Below are positions 12,201 through 25,780 of a stretch of DNA of 64,000 bases, in pieces. Source of the DNA: Basidiobolus meristosporus CBS 931.73. Its lineage: Eukaryota; Fungi; Basidiobolomycota. The translations under genes and the position numbers were made by a program. Location: contig MCFE01000474.1 in the NCBI GenBank assembly GCA_002104905.1, positions 4,906 to 68,905 of the forward strand, given 5' to 3'. Below the pieces are notes generated by a model. The model did not search any database. It saw only the letters and a program-made list of their open reading frames with translations, and was not told the DNA's origin. Every line of letters begins with the position of its first letter. The stretch's first letter is position 1.

Positions 12201-14137
12201 GAAGTGAATTAGTGAATCTGTTGATTTGCATGATATACACAGGTAATTTGGTTGAGTTGCAACTAAGTTTTTACGTAGTAAAGAACCACACAAATATTAC
12301 TATTTGTAGTTTATAAGAGCAATATCAGAAATAAATATTCCACGTCTCATCTCCTCTGGGCAAATTTGAGATTTCCTCAAAATTCTATACCTCACAAAAT
12401 CCTTATAATCAGCAAACATCCTGCAAACTAATTTCTATAATGATAGTGTGAGATACCTCAGTTGCCTAATTGCCTGTTCATACTACATTAAGAGTATGAC
12501 GGCCTCCTGAGTAAGTTAACACCCCTCCAACATAATGAAACCATACAGTCATGAACTTTCTTGGTTATTTCTATTGTCTTGTCAAGATCAAACCTGCAAT
12601 AAAGCATCTAAACTATTGGACTAATATATTCTGTATTACATGATATGGCATACATATTATTTTGCATGACTAAAAATTAAAACATTATGGCAATTAATAC
12701 TTCAGATCTAAATTCTGGTCTCATTAGAAGATAACTATGAGTGAACATTAATAGCCTGATCAGAGTAATCTTCTCAAAAACCCATCTAATTCTAGCAAAT
12801 AGCTTATCTCTAGGTAGCTGCACTGTTGGGTTTTTGCTGCTAAATATGACTTACTTAGATCTTAATATCAGATTTGTTCTGGTGAATATGGACATATAGA
12901 GCAATGGGTGCTAATAAGGGACACAGAGGCCAGAGGAGCATAGCAGACCTGTACTTTGCCATGCAATATGAAACATGATTTTGCATTGTTATAGGTAATA
13001 CATAAGAACAGCTTTGCATAATGATGCAAAATTATGTTTCACATTGTAAGGCCAGGTATAGGTCTGCTATGGCTCTCAGACACACTGCTGCACTTTTTGG
13101 CACTCATTACGCACTGTGAAACTATCCCAAGGTATATTTCTTTAGCAACTGACTCAGCATAATATTTGTAAGATGCTTTTTAACCATGGATCATAGATTT
13201 TGCCATACCAGTTATTGCTCTATTCCCATATTCTGACACTACATTTGGCTGTGGGGAGTATGGTACTGGAGTTTCCTGCTTTTCCTATGGGCCTTGGATG
13301 AGTGGATGAGGACTTGTGAGGTGTAGTCTCTACCATTGTTAGAGTGTATCTAGTTGACTTCACCACTTCCTCTCTCTACCATGAACTTTTACTCCCTAAG
13401 CTTTAATATTGCTCCTTTGTTTTCACTCTGTGAAGTATACCCACATTGATCTTGTACAATCTTCAAGATGTGCAAACAAATACCACATTATCTTGGAGAA
13501 TAAGCTGTGAACTGGCCCATACAGATCCAAGAAAATCAGAACTATTTTTTCCTTATTTTTTTTTAACCAAGAGCTCTTAGGTAGTTTTTTGGCTTGTTTC
13601 ATAAATACACATGCTTTGTACAGCAGCAATTCACCTGAGGACAAATTCACACTCAGAAATCAGCTGAAATGAATCTTAAACTTCTCTTTTGGTGATTGTT
13701 ATAGAGTGTTAGGCCCTCTGGTTCTTTCTGGTTATATGAGTATGATTTTCTTAATGCTTAATCCAAGAGCCTGATACTTACAGAGTTTATTGTGAAATCT
13801 TTGTTTCCATATTTTAGCAGTATTAAAGTTGCAAAATTCTGAGGAGTAGAGGAATTGTTGTGTAAAACTAGAGGACTTACATGTTATCTACAGGTATATT
13901 TACTGGTCAAGTGCATGGTTTTCATACACCTGAAAAGTAAAGCATAAGTACATACAGATCTTGTTAAGCAAGGTCCCAACAATATGTGTGTAAAGTGTGG
14001 GTCTTTTGAACAGCTGTGAGAAAGATTATAATGAGGCAACCTGATGCATTAATGAAAATATTACAAGTAAGTCCAACAACAAATTTGGTCCAGACAGAAA
14101 TCTAATCCAGTAATAAGATCTAGGTGGCTAAGATAGT

Positions 14138-14772
14138 AAACTTGTTCCATTAAATAGTGCCACATTGAGCCATGAGTGCTAAATAGTGTCATTGTGTTGG
14201 AGAAAATCCATTTTTTGACCTTTTTTTTTGGGTTAATGTTGTACAGAATGTGAAAGAGTACAGAGGACTGAAGACATGCATTTAGTACTCAAAACCCATG
14301 GCACTCTGAATATAGCTCCTGTGGCTTATATCTTGTCACCAAAATGAATGGCACTATCTTGGTCCACTGATACTATCTGGTACCTCAAGTACTGTGTACA
14401 GGTCTTACCTTAGGGTTAATAATTAAATATAGTGCCTGATAGTATCAGTGGACCAAAATAGTGCCATTCATTTTTGTGACATGATTCAAGCAACAGGAGC
14501 TAGATTACAAGTGCCATAGGTATTGAGTACCAAGTACATGTCTTCAATTCTTCTGTGCTCTTACACAGCATTCTCAACATCAATCCAAAAAAAAAGTCAA
14601 AAAATAAATTTTCTCTGTACCATGAGTGAAACACAAGGGCTGCTTTGCATGAAGATGCAGAGCTATGTTTCAAACTCTGTGGCCAAGTATAGGCTCACTT
14701 GGCCTCCCTGACATACTATGGCATCAATTGGCACTCATGGCTCAATGTGGGACTATCCAATGGAACAAGTCT
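14138..14772. mobile_element. Foldback MITE with Pangu-type termini (635 bp)
   Basis: TSD AGT/AGT (14135-37, 14773-75). Termini AAACTTGTTCC...GGAACAAGTCT. 14138-~14390 is an imperfect inverted copy of ~14432-14772. Confidence 0.8.
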
Positions 14773-15153
14773 AGTGTAGATATTTAAGTTACAACTTAAA
14801 ACTACAACTTCTACTAATGCACTATTTATAAGTACAAGAGACATTTGCAGAATGTGCAATCAATAATAAGCATTTTTAGCTTAATTATGTTATACACTGG
14901 ACTGTTGTATGATCCAACAGTATTTGGATTGGTGTATAATCTGATTGAAAAGTAATTTTAATTCAGTGTTCATATCTATTACATGGTTTTCCTAATATCA
15001 AAGAAATCTGATCATAAAGTATCATCAACTTGATCACTGGCAAAGAATTGAATGTTGAAATGAGCTTTCTTGCCAGATGCCATGACATTATATAAACTCT
15101 GGGCCAACCAATGCTTCTTATTTGAGTAAAATGACCCACTTTTGGTCATTTTG

Positions 15154-15521
15154 TGTTACAAGTCCTGGCATAAGAGTTGTAGAGGAATTGGGAGTCTAGC
15201 CAGTATTATATTCACTAAAACTTGAACTGATTCTTATTGAGGTTCCAGCAGCTGCTTATATATGTTTTTGTCAGATTAATTGCTAACTACGTATATTTCC
15301 TAATGTAGGTTGTGGCTGATGACTCCATTTGGTGCATACTCATTGCCCAATAATATCCTACTTATTATATCTGTTCCTGTCTGATAAGGATCTGCTGATT
15401 CATCTGCTGATTAATGCTACTGATGTGATAGATAACACTGATATACTGATGGCTGAACATAAAACTATTTGATTTGACTAAAACTGTTCCAACATAAACA
15501 CTCAAGCGGTATATCATAATA
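15154..15521 (-). repeat. Solo Gypsy LTR (family of 10906-11274)
   Basis: Reverse complement aligns with both ends of the 10906-11274 LTR. Confidence 0.8.
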
Positions 15522-15844
15522 GTTGAAGTTTTGTTATTTACAGCAGATCTGCAGCTGCCTGATTTCCATGCAGCAATCTTATTCACTTGTGCACCTAAGC
15601 ATTAAGTCCATAATAGGCTCAGGGACAGCTCTCTCCATCATATAGACTCCATATAAGCTAAAAAACAATCACTTACTTTACATCAAGGTAAGGTTTGTCA
15701 CTTACTGCAGATCTGGAGTTTCATTCTTTCTAGGCACTGTGGCACAAACATAATTGCCAAAAAAAATTCTTACTGAGCTCTGAGCTGGGACAGGCTACTC
15801 ACAATTCAGTCCCATCTATTGAGTGATGCTTATTTACAAGAATT

Positions 15845-16055
15845 AGACTTGTTCCATCATTCCAGCTGATCATAGTGCCCAATAGTGCCATAGCATGCCA
15901 GATGGTGCCTGATCATGCCTCAGAGTGCCAGATGGTGCCATACAGTGCCAATTTGGGATCAAAATTGACATGCATATGACCCTAAAATATTAAATTAATA
16001 ACAAAATATACAGCACTCTCTGGCACTATGATCAATGGCACAATGGAACAAGTCT
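15845..16055. mobile_element. 211-bp MITE with Pangu-type termini
   Basis: TSD ATT/ATT. TIR AGACTTGTTCCAT...ATGGAACAAGTCT. Array of about 7 GTGCC(A/C) motifs on the left and TGGCAC motifs on the right. Confidence 0.85.
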
Positions 16056-17569
16056 ATTATCTACACTGGTCATCTTTGTCCTCCTTATGAATAAAGACTT
16101 TCTTTGGACTATTTACTTCATTTATAGTAGATTCAATGTCACAGTTCTCTTGCTGACTACATTTTTTGAGCAGATCTAACCAGCCAGTGCATCCAATTGC
16201 CATATATAGAGAAAAACTTGGCAGTGTTTTGGTAGCCTTGTTGTGGACATCTGTTGGTACTAAAATGGCAGTATGGTGGCCTATAGCTAATCCTGTATAA
16301 TGCTAGCATAATTATCACCAAAATGGTATATCCTTTTGCTACCTACCATTCTACAATTCATATATACCATTGTAGAGCCACCCTTATTTTTTGCTTATCC
16401 ACTACTACCATGGGAATTCCACTTAGAGTTTCAAGGAGTTACTTGTTGATCGTGAGGTTAGGCTTAATCTTAGTGTTGAGTATGGGGACTTCTACAGGTC
16501 TGTACATCTTGTAAATGAGTTAAAACTGAGGATTGAATGGAAATAAACCAACTTGTATGCATGAAAAGTTAGTTCATTGTTTGAGTCCAAAAACATGCAA
16601 TGTAAAAAGACGCAATAGACAATCTGTGTATTCAAATGTAATAGAAGATTGAGTATCTGGGATAAGAAAGTGAGAGAATTGGTAGAGGATTAATCAAACA
16701 CTACTCATCAGTTAATGCAATGAGAATCTTAACCATGTTTTATGCAAAATCTGGGGTTCTACTTCTAGTTGACAATCTTTGCATGGTGTCCTGACAGCAC
16801 CAATACCTCTTAGTCATCAAATCTTAGTATTGCAATGGCCTTTTGTCTGAGTTATCATAGTTATTTTTAGGGCTTGTATTACCATCTGTGTGACGGTTGA
16901 CCATTTGTACCATGCACAAGGTAAGTTTCATCCTGAAATGATTATGGCAAGAAGTAGTAGTAAATCCTCAAAGCCCTCATTACTGATATTAGTGGAAGCA
17001 TGCCTCTTCTCTAGCCACAGCATTACATTATTCCATGGTATATGGAATACTGGGTCCCCTTGACTCCATAAAGTATCCTTGGCATTTTGTTCCACAGGTA
17101 TTGTCTCATTGCATAATAGGATTTTGCCAGACTCATGCAGGGTACTACTGTTAGGGAGGATAGGTTCACAATAGCCAAGAACTTACAATTACTATGAGAA
17201 GCAATTGTAATGATCCAGTCAGGAGGCTGTCCTAAAATTAAAGTCTCATAACTAAGAGATATAGATCCCATCAGGACACTGTGCAAAGACCATCAAGAGA
17301 GAATTGCACCCTGTATATCACAAAAAACTTAGTCAAGATTATTCATCACAAAAATGTAGAAGTTACCTTTGATTGGCTCTCTGCCAGTTCTCTCACTTTC
17401 TTAACCCAGATGCTTAGTCACCTCCTATGTCTGCGTACCTTGATTGGTTATTACCTCTTTTTTACACTCCATATTTCCTGTCTTAAGAAATGCTCTTACT
17501 TTTCATGTATAAAATTGATATATTTCTGTGGAAATTTCACTTGTACCTTGGATACCAAATATACTGGGC

Positions 17570-19791
17570 TATACTGTTTGATACAGTGGAACTGTTGCCT
17601 TGATGAGTCCTGTGTATATTGTACTTGGAAGCTGCTTAGCTTGACTAAAATGTAACACAGTACAGTTGTCATTTGAGGCAAAATTTCATTCCAAATCTCT
17701 TTGGCTTGCAAAGTTAAGGCACAAGCAGATGCATCTGGCCCATACTGTGCAAATTGTGCAAGGAATTGTTTGCAATAGCCTCCTCATTAAGTCCCCTCAG
17801 TCTTAGCTCATTCTTGATTTCAATATTTGTCTTGTTATATATCTTCCTATACATATCTGCTAGCATCTTAATGTAGAGCTCATGCTACAGCTTTCCACTA
17901 AGATTCTTCCATCTCTATCAGCTCTCTGAGGTATCTGGTTCTGCTAGATAAATGCATAGTGTCCAAATAATTGTATGAAGGCTCAGCATAGAAACCTGGG
18001 ACAAACTAAAATCATTTGGTAAGATCTAAAACAGATCCTACATCAACTTTTCTGGTTCAGACCATACTTGTGAGCTGGGGGATGGGTTTTGTCTGGGTTA
18101 TATCATAGATGAGTTGAGACACGGTATAGGGATCCTAGTGACAGATTTGGATACTTCTACTGTAGTATATTGGCATCAGTCTGTTCTTGTATGAAATATT
18201 TATAAAACTAATGTGCTTGTTGAATTTTCCCTATATTATGCACAATGCATCTCAGATTGCATTGACATGAATCAGATCACATCAATTGCAGATTACCTAC
18301 TTGATTATAGACTCATGAGTAAATCATCAATGAAATAAGTAAGTCATTGTTTAAGGATGGTATTTGCAACATAATGATGGGATACCTGGCAATTGATGGA
18401 GACTTAATCATAATACATGGGAAATCAGATAAATTAAGCTAATTGTGTCAGCTCAGTTCATTTACCACTACTTGATCATGTACCAATTTTGATCTGACTC
18501 ACTCATCTGACTGGTCTTTTGTCATCAACCTTATCACTACTGCACCAATACATTTTGACACATTAGAGGAGATCTATACCAAGTACTGCAGACTATCTAC
18601 CCTAATCTACTCAAGGAGATCCCTTGTTAGGCTTCTCTGGCACTACAAGACCTATTGCCCTATCCCAGAGTACTCAGCAACAGGTTTATATAAGGAGTTC
18701 TTGGGACACCTTCCCAGTCAGGATTAACAGACCTTCTGAAGAGCAGAGGCACTTTTATTCCGGCAAATACAAGGCACACTGTGTGTTGTTCCAAGCACTG
18801 TCTGATGCTGAAGGTGACATCATCTGGCTTAGTGGACCATTTGCTTGAAGTAGGATTGACAAAGCACTCTGGGTAGAGAATCATCCAGCACTCAGTAGAG
18901 GGGAGAAATGCATCACAGACTGAGCTTATATAGGAGAGAATTGTCACAGATTGGGATGTATTATAGCTCATAGGAAGCCAAGGAATGGAGTGCTTATCAT
19001 GAAGTAGAAGCTCTACAATAGGATATTTAACCATTTCAGATTGGGAGTAGTGCATACACTTGGATATCTAAAGAGATTCAGCACATTGGCAGGTAAATAC
19101 CTAGCAAATTCATATACAGGAGAAAACAGCAGAATAGATAAAATAGCTAAGATACTTATTGTTGCACAGTATATATGTACAAGAAGACTTCTACTGCAAG
19201 AAATCTGCCTAGATAATTATAACAAGTCAATAAAGTAAGAAAATCATTGTTCTGAGCAACATAGGCAAGATTGAGCAAAAATACCAGTAACTGTATCCTA
19301 CCACTAGCATTATGTTGAAAACTAGAGTGCAAAATGTGAGTACTAAATGTAACACCTACTCTTTGCCCAAGAGTCCCCCAGAGTCATACCCAAAGTCTGC
19401 CCAGTATCCTCCCTATGAGTCCCTCAAACATCCTTCTTCTTATTCCTGTCCTTACCTAGTTAGAATGCTTACCATAACAGGAGGGTATTCACACCCTACT
19501 TTATAACATATTGCCTATCACCTAAGCCCCTCTCAGTGAGATATATACATACCCAATTGAGACAAGTTGAAAGGGACAAATGTTTGCCATAATACACATA
19601 AGTCTTTATTTCCTTGCTACCTTCTATTGGAAGCACTTCTGAACCAAGTGGTACTGACTTGACCCACAAGCTCTCCCAACTACCAAGTACAGTCAGTAGT
19701 AGCCCACACCAAACAGTGCTGTAGAGTGCCACATCAATCTGGCACTATAAACAGGCTGACACTATGCAGTACTATCCAGCAGAACAAGTCT
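17570..19791. mobile_element. Second, decayed and left-truncated copy of the PHIS/Pangu-like element
   Basis: Colinear with ~4000-5984 (ORF2 part, spacer, transposase YSGKYKAHCVLFQ with stops and a deletion). Right TIR GAACAAGTCT followed by AGT. Confidence 0.9.
19335..19708 (+). repeat. Solo LTR-like insertion in the subterminus of PHIS copy 2
   Basis: TGTGAG...CCACA, absent from copy 1. Imperfect 5-bp TSD CAAAA/CCAAA. Second copy at 25413. Confidence 0.65.
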
Positions 19792-20735
19792 AGTATCTTT
19801 GCTGTAAAGAAGGAACTCAAAGAGCTCAGTTTCACAGCCAGCAGTTGAGGCATTTCTCAATGTAACAGCACAGGAACACTGTACAGTCTTTGAAGCACAA
19901 CAACAGTGCCCAAAGACAATGCCCACAGAAAAACCTGTTGCAGTATTGGAGGGAGAGACTATGATGTATATACCAAAGTCTAAAAATCTAGTGACTCCAA
20001 AGATCTGTGAAGCCATTGAATGCAATGATGAAGAATGGGCTAAAATTCAAAAGGCTCTAGGAAGTCAAACACAGCATTGCCTTAAGGCTGGCATACCATG
20101 GGACCATCAGTAACATAAGGCTCAGCAGAATGAGCTTTACTTGTTCCATGATCATTATGCTGCATTCAAACAAGCAAGCAGATTTAGGGTCAGCATTGGT
20201 ATACTAAGAGAGTTTCACAAGAATAGAAGACACTATCAAAGACCGAAGAGCAAGGGTGGCATGGCTAGAAACCAGCAGTGTGGTGGTGTATAGGTCCAAG
20301 GGAGAGATATGTCCAACACTTTTCAAGTGTTTTGTGTGTGGGGTGTTCACTGGGTGCAATAACCTCTGGCAAAAGCTTGCTAGGAATACTTTGATCCTGG
20401 CTCTAATCTAATGTGATGGGGAATAAAGCCACAAGCTTGTCAAGGGAAAACTATTGAGCTACAATCCCTAACCTAGTTGGCGTCTTAACAAAAGTATGTG
20501 CTGAGTTCAGTGTCCTTTGAGATGACAATGTACTAAAGCTTCCAAAGTCAAAACAACTGTAAACTCCATCAGCAGGGGCTTGATAAGAATGCAGCTGTGG
20601 TCAATAGTTACAAAGACAGAAAAGTATCTTTGCCTGCACAAGAACAAACTTGGGAAAGAATCAAATATAATAAAAGATACCTACTCTGAGTATTCCTCAC
20701 AAGTAGTGCCTCCAAGGTCAGTTGGCTGTCAGTGC

Positions 20736-22157
20736 TGTGGTAGGGTAAGCATACCTCTCACAGACAAGTTTATTCATACAGTCATTATGATATACTTTTC
20801 CAAATTTTATCTTATCAGTATTATCCCATTCTTCTTTTGCCCATATTATCAGTATTATCCCCATATGATGTTTACCCTGATTAGTTATTAGCATTAGTTA
20901 TCCCAGATGTTATTCAGCTTTGTGATCAGTATATGTATCTACATAAGGCAAGTACCCACGTCAGTACCTGTGACACATGACCTAGGTCTGTGTTACCATC
21001 CCTACCATTTTAATACCATATATGGTATTTCTATGTTGCACAGGTTTCAGACTACTGATTCCTGATTGGTTGAATGTGCTGTGCCTTTTAGAACCTTCCA
21101 GGACATTCTTGGTATAGTTTTAGCTCATAGTGATGTCATCAAGAATTCCACTGATACCTAGAGTCTTCTAGAACCATGTCATTAGTAATCACTTGGCAAT
21201 CAGGAAAAGTATTTAAGGGAAAGCAATCCCTCATCAATAAATCATCCCTTCTATCAGTAATACTTCTGCCTTATTGATTAGCAGTTGATCACTGCACCTG
21301 CCTTCAACAGTACATCTCAGACCTGCCATCAAGGAGCTTTTCAGGGTAGTGCACAAGACACACAGAGGCCTTTGGAGACACTTGGAGCACCTAGGAAGCT
21401 AGAGAAGCAGGTGCTTTTACCATAGTGACATATTGACAAAGACACCAGCAGTTTAGACACAGAGGTTATTGCACCCATCAGACACCTCACACACCTTGAG
21501 TTGTGTAGTTTCTCCCAGGAGTACCTCTACACCACCACAGCACGGTTTCCTGGGAGTGTCCTGTGGTCTGGGGCTGAGAATTCAGGTAGTAGCAGGTAGC
21601 AGTGATCACACTAATCAACAAGTCAGTATATTGATAAAAGGGATGATGATTAATTGTTGAGGGATAGCCTCCCTTATATACTTTTCACACTGGCTAAGTG
21701 ATTACTAATCATGGTGTTTCAGAAGGTTCCAGATATCAATAAAAATCTTAATGACATCAGAAAGACCTAAGAATGCTCTAAGTAGGTGCCAGAAGGTTCT
21801 GAGAGGCACAGCACATCCAACCAATCAGGAATCAGTATTCTGAAACCTGTGTAACATAGGGATACCATATATGGTGTGGAAATGGTAGGGATGGTGACAC
21901 AAGTGGATCATGTGTCATGGGTACTGGCACAGGTACTTGCCAAATATAAAAGCACTTATAGCTAGTAATCTTACATAAAGTGAGAGGTAACTTATGCAAC
22001 AAGGTAAGCAGGTGTGATAGTCAACCAGCTTATGGGATAGTACTGATCAGGTAAGACAGATGGGATAAAACTAAAATAACTGTAGTAGAGATATAGGGAA
22101 GTAGAAAATATGGGGATGAGCACATCTGTCAGTGGGTGTCACTGTCACCCCACTACA
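20736..22157. repeat. Two diverged copies of an LTR-like repeat in convergent inverted orientation
   Basis: 20940-21300 aligns to the reverse complement of 21590-21950. Both start TGT(G/A)GT(A/G)GGG at the outer ends and carry TATA-like and AATAAA/AATTAA signals. Confidence 0.7.
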
Positions 22158-23399
22158 GTAGTTTCCTCAAGAGCCTGTGACATGCAGAGCTAAAAGCTTT
22201 AAACAAGCATCAAAGAAATGTCAGGTAGCTGAAAGAGCTCCAGTAAGTGACAAGCAGGTAGATATGGATGTGCTTGTGCAACACTTATTAAGGAAAGAGA
22301 GTAGTTGCATTCAAGAAGCACTCATGCAAAGTTGTGTTGAAGGACCTGACAGTAATAAGAACTGGCAGCTTCCTCTTGAGCCCATAATAACTAGGGCCAA
22401 AAGATCAAATCATGCAGCAAGGAAACATCAGGTTGCCAGTTGAGTGCCAGTCAGGGACAAGCAGGCCAAAGCAAATGTATTAGAATAGCATTTATCAAGG
22501 GGAAAATGTAGTTCAGTGCAAGAAACACTTGGACAAAGTAGGAGTGAAAGTCCAGGCAATGATAAAGGAAGAAGTCAACCCAAGCCAGAGACAGGTAAGC
22601 ACAAGAAGAAAGCTGTGGCTCTTGCCATTTAATGTCATAATCTTGGAATAGGCTGAATTCCCTCACAGCCAAGAAGAATTACAAACAAGACAAAGGTTGA
22701 CTTCTCAAGGGCTGGAAGTATGGCCAGTTGAGCAACACTCCAGTGAGGTAGATGAGTTTACAGAGAAAGGTAGCTTGTCTACCACAACCTCAATTGTGGA
22801 CAGAGTGGTGGTTGTGCAAACAGACAAAGTAGCAATGTCAAGGACTTGAGAGACTATCACAATGCTTACAGTCAAATTTTAGACATTAATAGGAACACCA
22901 AGAGGATGCATCACTTCTTTAAGAGCAGTGCTCCAGAAAATGCACTCAAACAGTGCAAGGACTTAGTGTAAAGACTGACAAATAAGGTATCATATCTTGT
23001 GGCACCAGCTGAAGACCAGGATATATAGGCATCAGCAAATGAACAGAACATAAAGCTGTAGGCTTCCCACTAATGTTATGGAAAAAGGGAGTTGCAGCAG
23101 AAATACTTATTGAATGATTGATTTTAAAGGTGTTACTAGTGAAGTGTGGGGTAATGCTTAATGTTGGTGTTGGTTATAGGGATTTGTATAGGCCAATTCA
23201 ATTGGCAATTGTGGTGCTACAGAACCTTCAGCAGATGTTAATTAACTTGTTATTGTTAGCCTATTTTTCCTTGCAACACACCCATGGATGAGTCTAGCAA
23301 GATTATAATATGCAAGGAGTCAATGCCCATGGAAAAAACGCCAAGAGTACTCTGCAGAGTCAAGTGAGCCCAGTATTTTATTTACTGGTGAGTAATGAG

Positions 23400-24200
23400 A
23401 TTTTGTGGCTAGTGGAGTGGTGTACCTGCACCAATATTAGTCATGGGGGCTATGAGGATTTACTGCAGCATCTTGACAAGGTTGTTCCACCATTTATACT
23501 ACCATGGATTTGGTACTAATGAAAACCATCATACAGCTGTCATCATATGACCCACAGATCACTGTGATACTGGCATGTGTTAACAGTTGCATGGCATTCA
23601 CATCAGAAAATGCCATCATGGCAAGGTTTTCAACTTGACAGGATTCCACCAACACAGGAAAAAATATTATTCACACTCCAGTTGTATTCCAGTAATACCC
23701 AGTCTACAGAAGCTGATGCAGACTAAAAAATATTGTGAAGCTATCTATTACCACACTCAGTATCAACGGTTGTAAACATTTCCAATATATTTAATGGCAA
23801 ACACTACAAACAACCAAGAAGTAAGGGCTATTCAGATGATATATATGACCATGTCTTTGCTTTGACACATGACGGATTCTCACTCAACAAGTACTTTACC
23901 AACAAGTTCTGCTAGCCACTGATTCTCATTGACCTGAATTTACCACCAGTATTATGGTATCAGAGCAGAAACCTTCTGGTAGTACCATTGATCTCTGAGC
24001 CTTAATTACCATCTAGCCAGGATAGCCACCTGTGCTCATTACTGGATTAGTTCTCTATGCTATCCAGATGGATACTGATAAGTCATCATCATGTCAAAAT
24101 GCATATTATTATTTGCATTGGAGATACCCTGGCCATCAGCATAGTAGTTGGCTCTCTATGGGCACAATGGAGAGTATTGTTTTTAAATTTATGAGATCCA
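23400..24200 (+). mobile_element. CACTA/EnSpm-like (Transposase_21/Tnp2) relic
   Basis: Broken translation 23850-24180: FALTHDGFS..C*PLILIDLNLPP..LLVVPLI..IIICIGDTLAIS..GHNGEYC, resembling Tnp2 motifs (STDGF, WP.IL.NLNLPP, GD.PA..GHNG..C). Confidence 0.55.
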
Positions 24201-25412
24201 GCTGATTTACTCCATAAATCACACACATCATTATTACCCAAGCACCAATACTAAAACATCATCTTCCTCTAAAGAGAACTTATAGAAATCAGCATGCATT
24301 TGTAGTAAAGTTGGCAAGCTGTCAGCCACTTACTGGAATACAGAATTAAATGGAAACCAGAGATACATAAGACACCTTCTGAGCTCAAGTATAGGCTTAC
24401 TTTGCCTTGCTGACACACTATGTCACTATTTGGCACTCCTGGCTCAATGCAGCATTATCCAACAGAACATGTATAGCATCTATATAGAAAGGCTAATCCA
24501 CTGTATTACATGCTTATACATCAAGGTATTTAAAAGTGCTGACAAGCACCTCCCCCACCACCTAAGAGTAAGAAACTAACAAGACAAAAATGGAAACCAT
24601 ACAATAAGGTGCAGCATGAACAAGCTGTTGCAGGCCTCAAGTTTTACCCACAGTTTACACATTGATGGAATTGCTCTTGTACTATTACCAGTTAGGACCA
24701 TGGACCAAAGTTCACCATCACCCTGGTTAATAAGACACTCAGCAACATAGTACCAGATGGTCTGAGACCCTTCCATGAGGATTGACTTATTATTGCTAAA
24801 ACCAAATCATGATTAAACAATTATCAGGACAAGGATAGAAGTACTTACTGGATATATGTGAGGTTCATTAGAAGTGGCTCTAGACAGTATAAGTACAAAT
24901 GATATGTGCAAGGAAGTTTACCTAAAAGGGAGAACAAAAGAGCATATATGGAAAGCAACAAAAGAAACTGTTCACCCAAAAGCTGGCTTTACTCCTCCCA
25001 TCAGCCCAAACCAAGATGATATCAAAAGCAAGACCAACCTGCAAGAGTTGAGAGATATGAAACCAGTGTTACATGCAATAAGGACAAGCCCCAACAACAT
25101 TTGCAAGATTAAGCAGCAGGACTCTATTGCTCCATTGCATCTCTTCTTGTTCTCCAGTCCCCCTGAGGAACTTTCACAGAACCTTATGATTTGCCAATTG
25201 TATGGCTCTGTGGAAAGCATCCTTCAAGTAGCCCAAGCCACACCCCACTTAGCCACCAAATGGTATCAGGTATATGCCCACAGTCCTCCAGCATGTGACA
25301 ACCAACAAAGGCACTATAGCAACTCCCTATGCTCAGTAAACAAAATTATCCCTGGAGAAGCAAGCCAGTCATTAAACTTTGAGGACAAAGCTTCCCCTTA
25401 GCCCCTAGAATA

Positions 25413-25780
25413 TGTGAGTACTGAGTATAGTACTCACTTCTTGCCCAAGAGACCCCCCCAAAGCTCCCCCAGAGCCTTATGCAAAGTCCCTCAATATCCT
25501 TCCTATGGCTCTCCTACACATCCTCCCTCCTATTCCTGTTCTTACCTAGCAAGAATACTTACCATAACAGCAAGGTGTTCACACCCCAATTTTATAGCAT
25601 ATTGTCCATCACCTAAGCCCATCTCAGTGAGATATATTTAATGTGACAAAATCTGTCTCACTCTATTTGACTCCATTGAACATATATAACTAAATCTTTA
25701 TTACCTTACTACCTTCTATTGGAAGATATTCTGAACCAAGTGGTGCTGATTTGATCTACTAGCTCTCCCAACTACACAGT
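25413..25780 (+). repeat. Second copy of the 19335 LTR-like repeat
   Basis: TGTGAGTACT...CTTGCCCAAGAG.CCCCC...GCTCTCCCAACTAC shared with 19335-19690. Confidence 0.8.

Noticed and set aside
12300-13400. Possible DNA-transposon fragments here and at 16100-17280
   Set aside because: CpG-depleted and repeat-like, but I could not assign any family motif.
24357-24470. CACTA-like relic apparently ending in a Pangu-type TIR (possible chimeric element)
   Set aside because: Only ~110 bp of MITE arm, with no matching left end or TSD; a truncated MITE insertion is simpler.
22160-25400. Possible LINE endonuclease/ORF1 remnants (KIMTLN, RIDLLL); similar hints at ~20000-20300 and 62400-63700
   Set aside because: Motif matches are too short and fragmented to support by eye.
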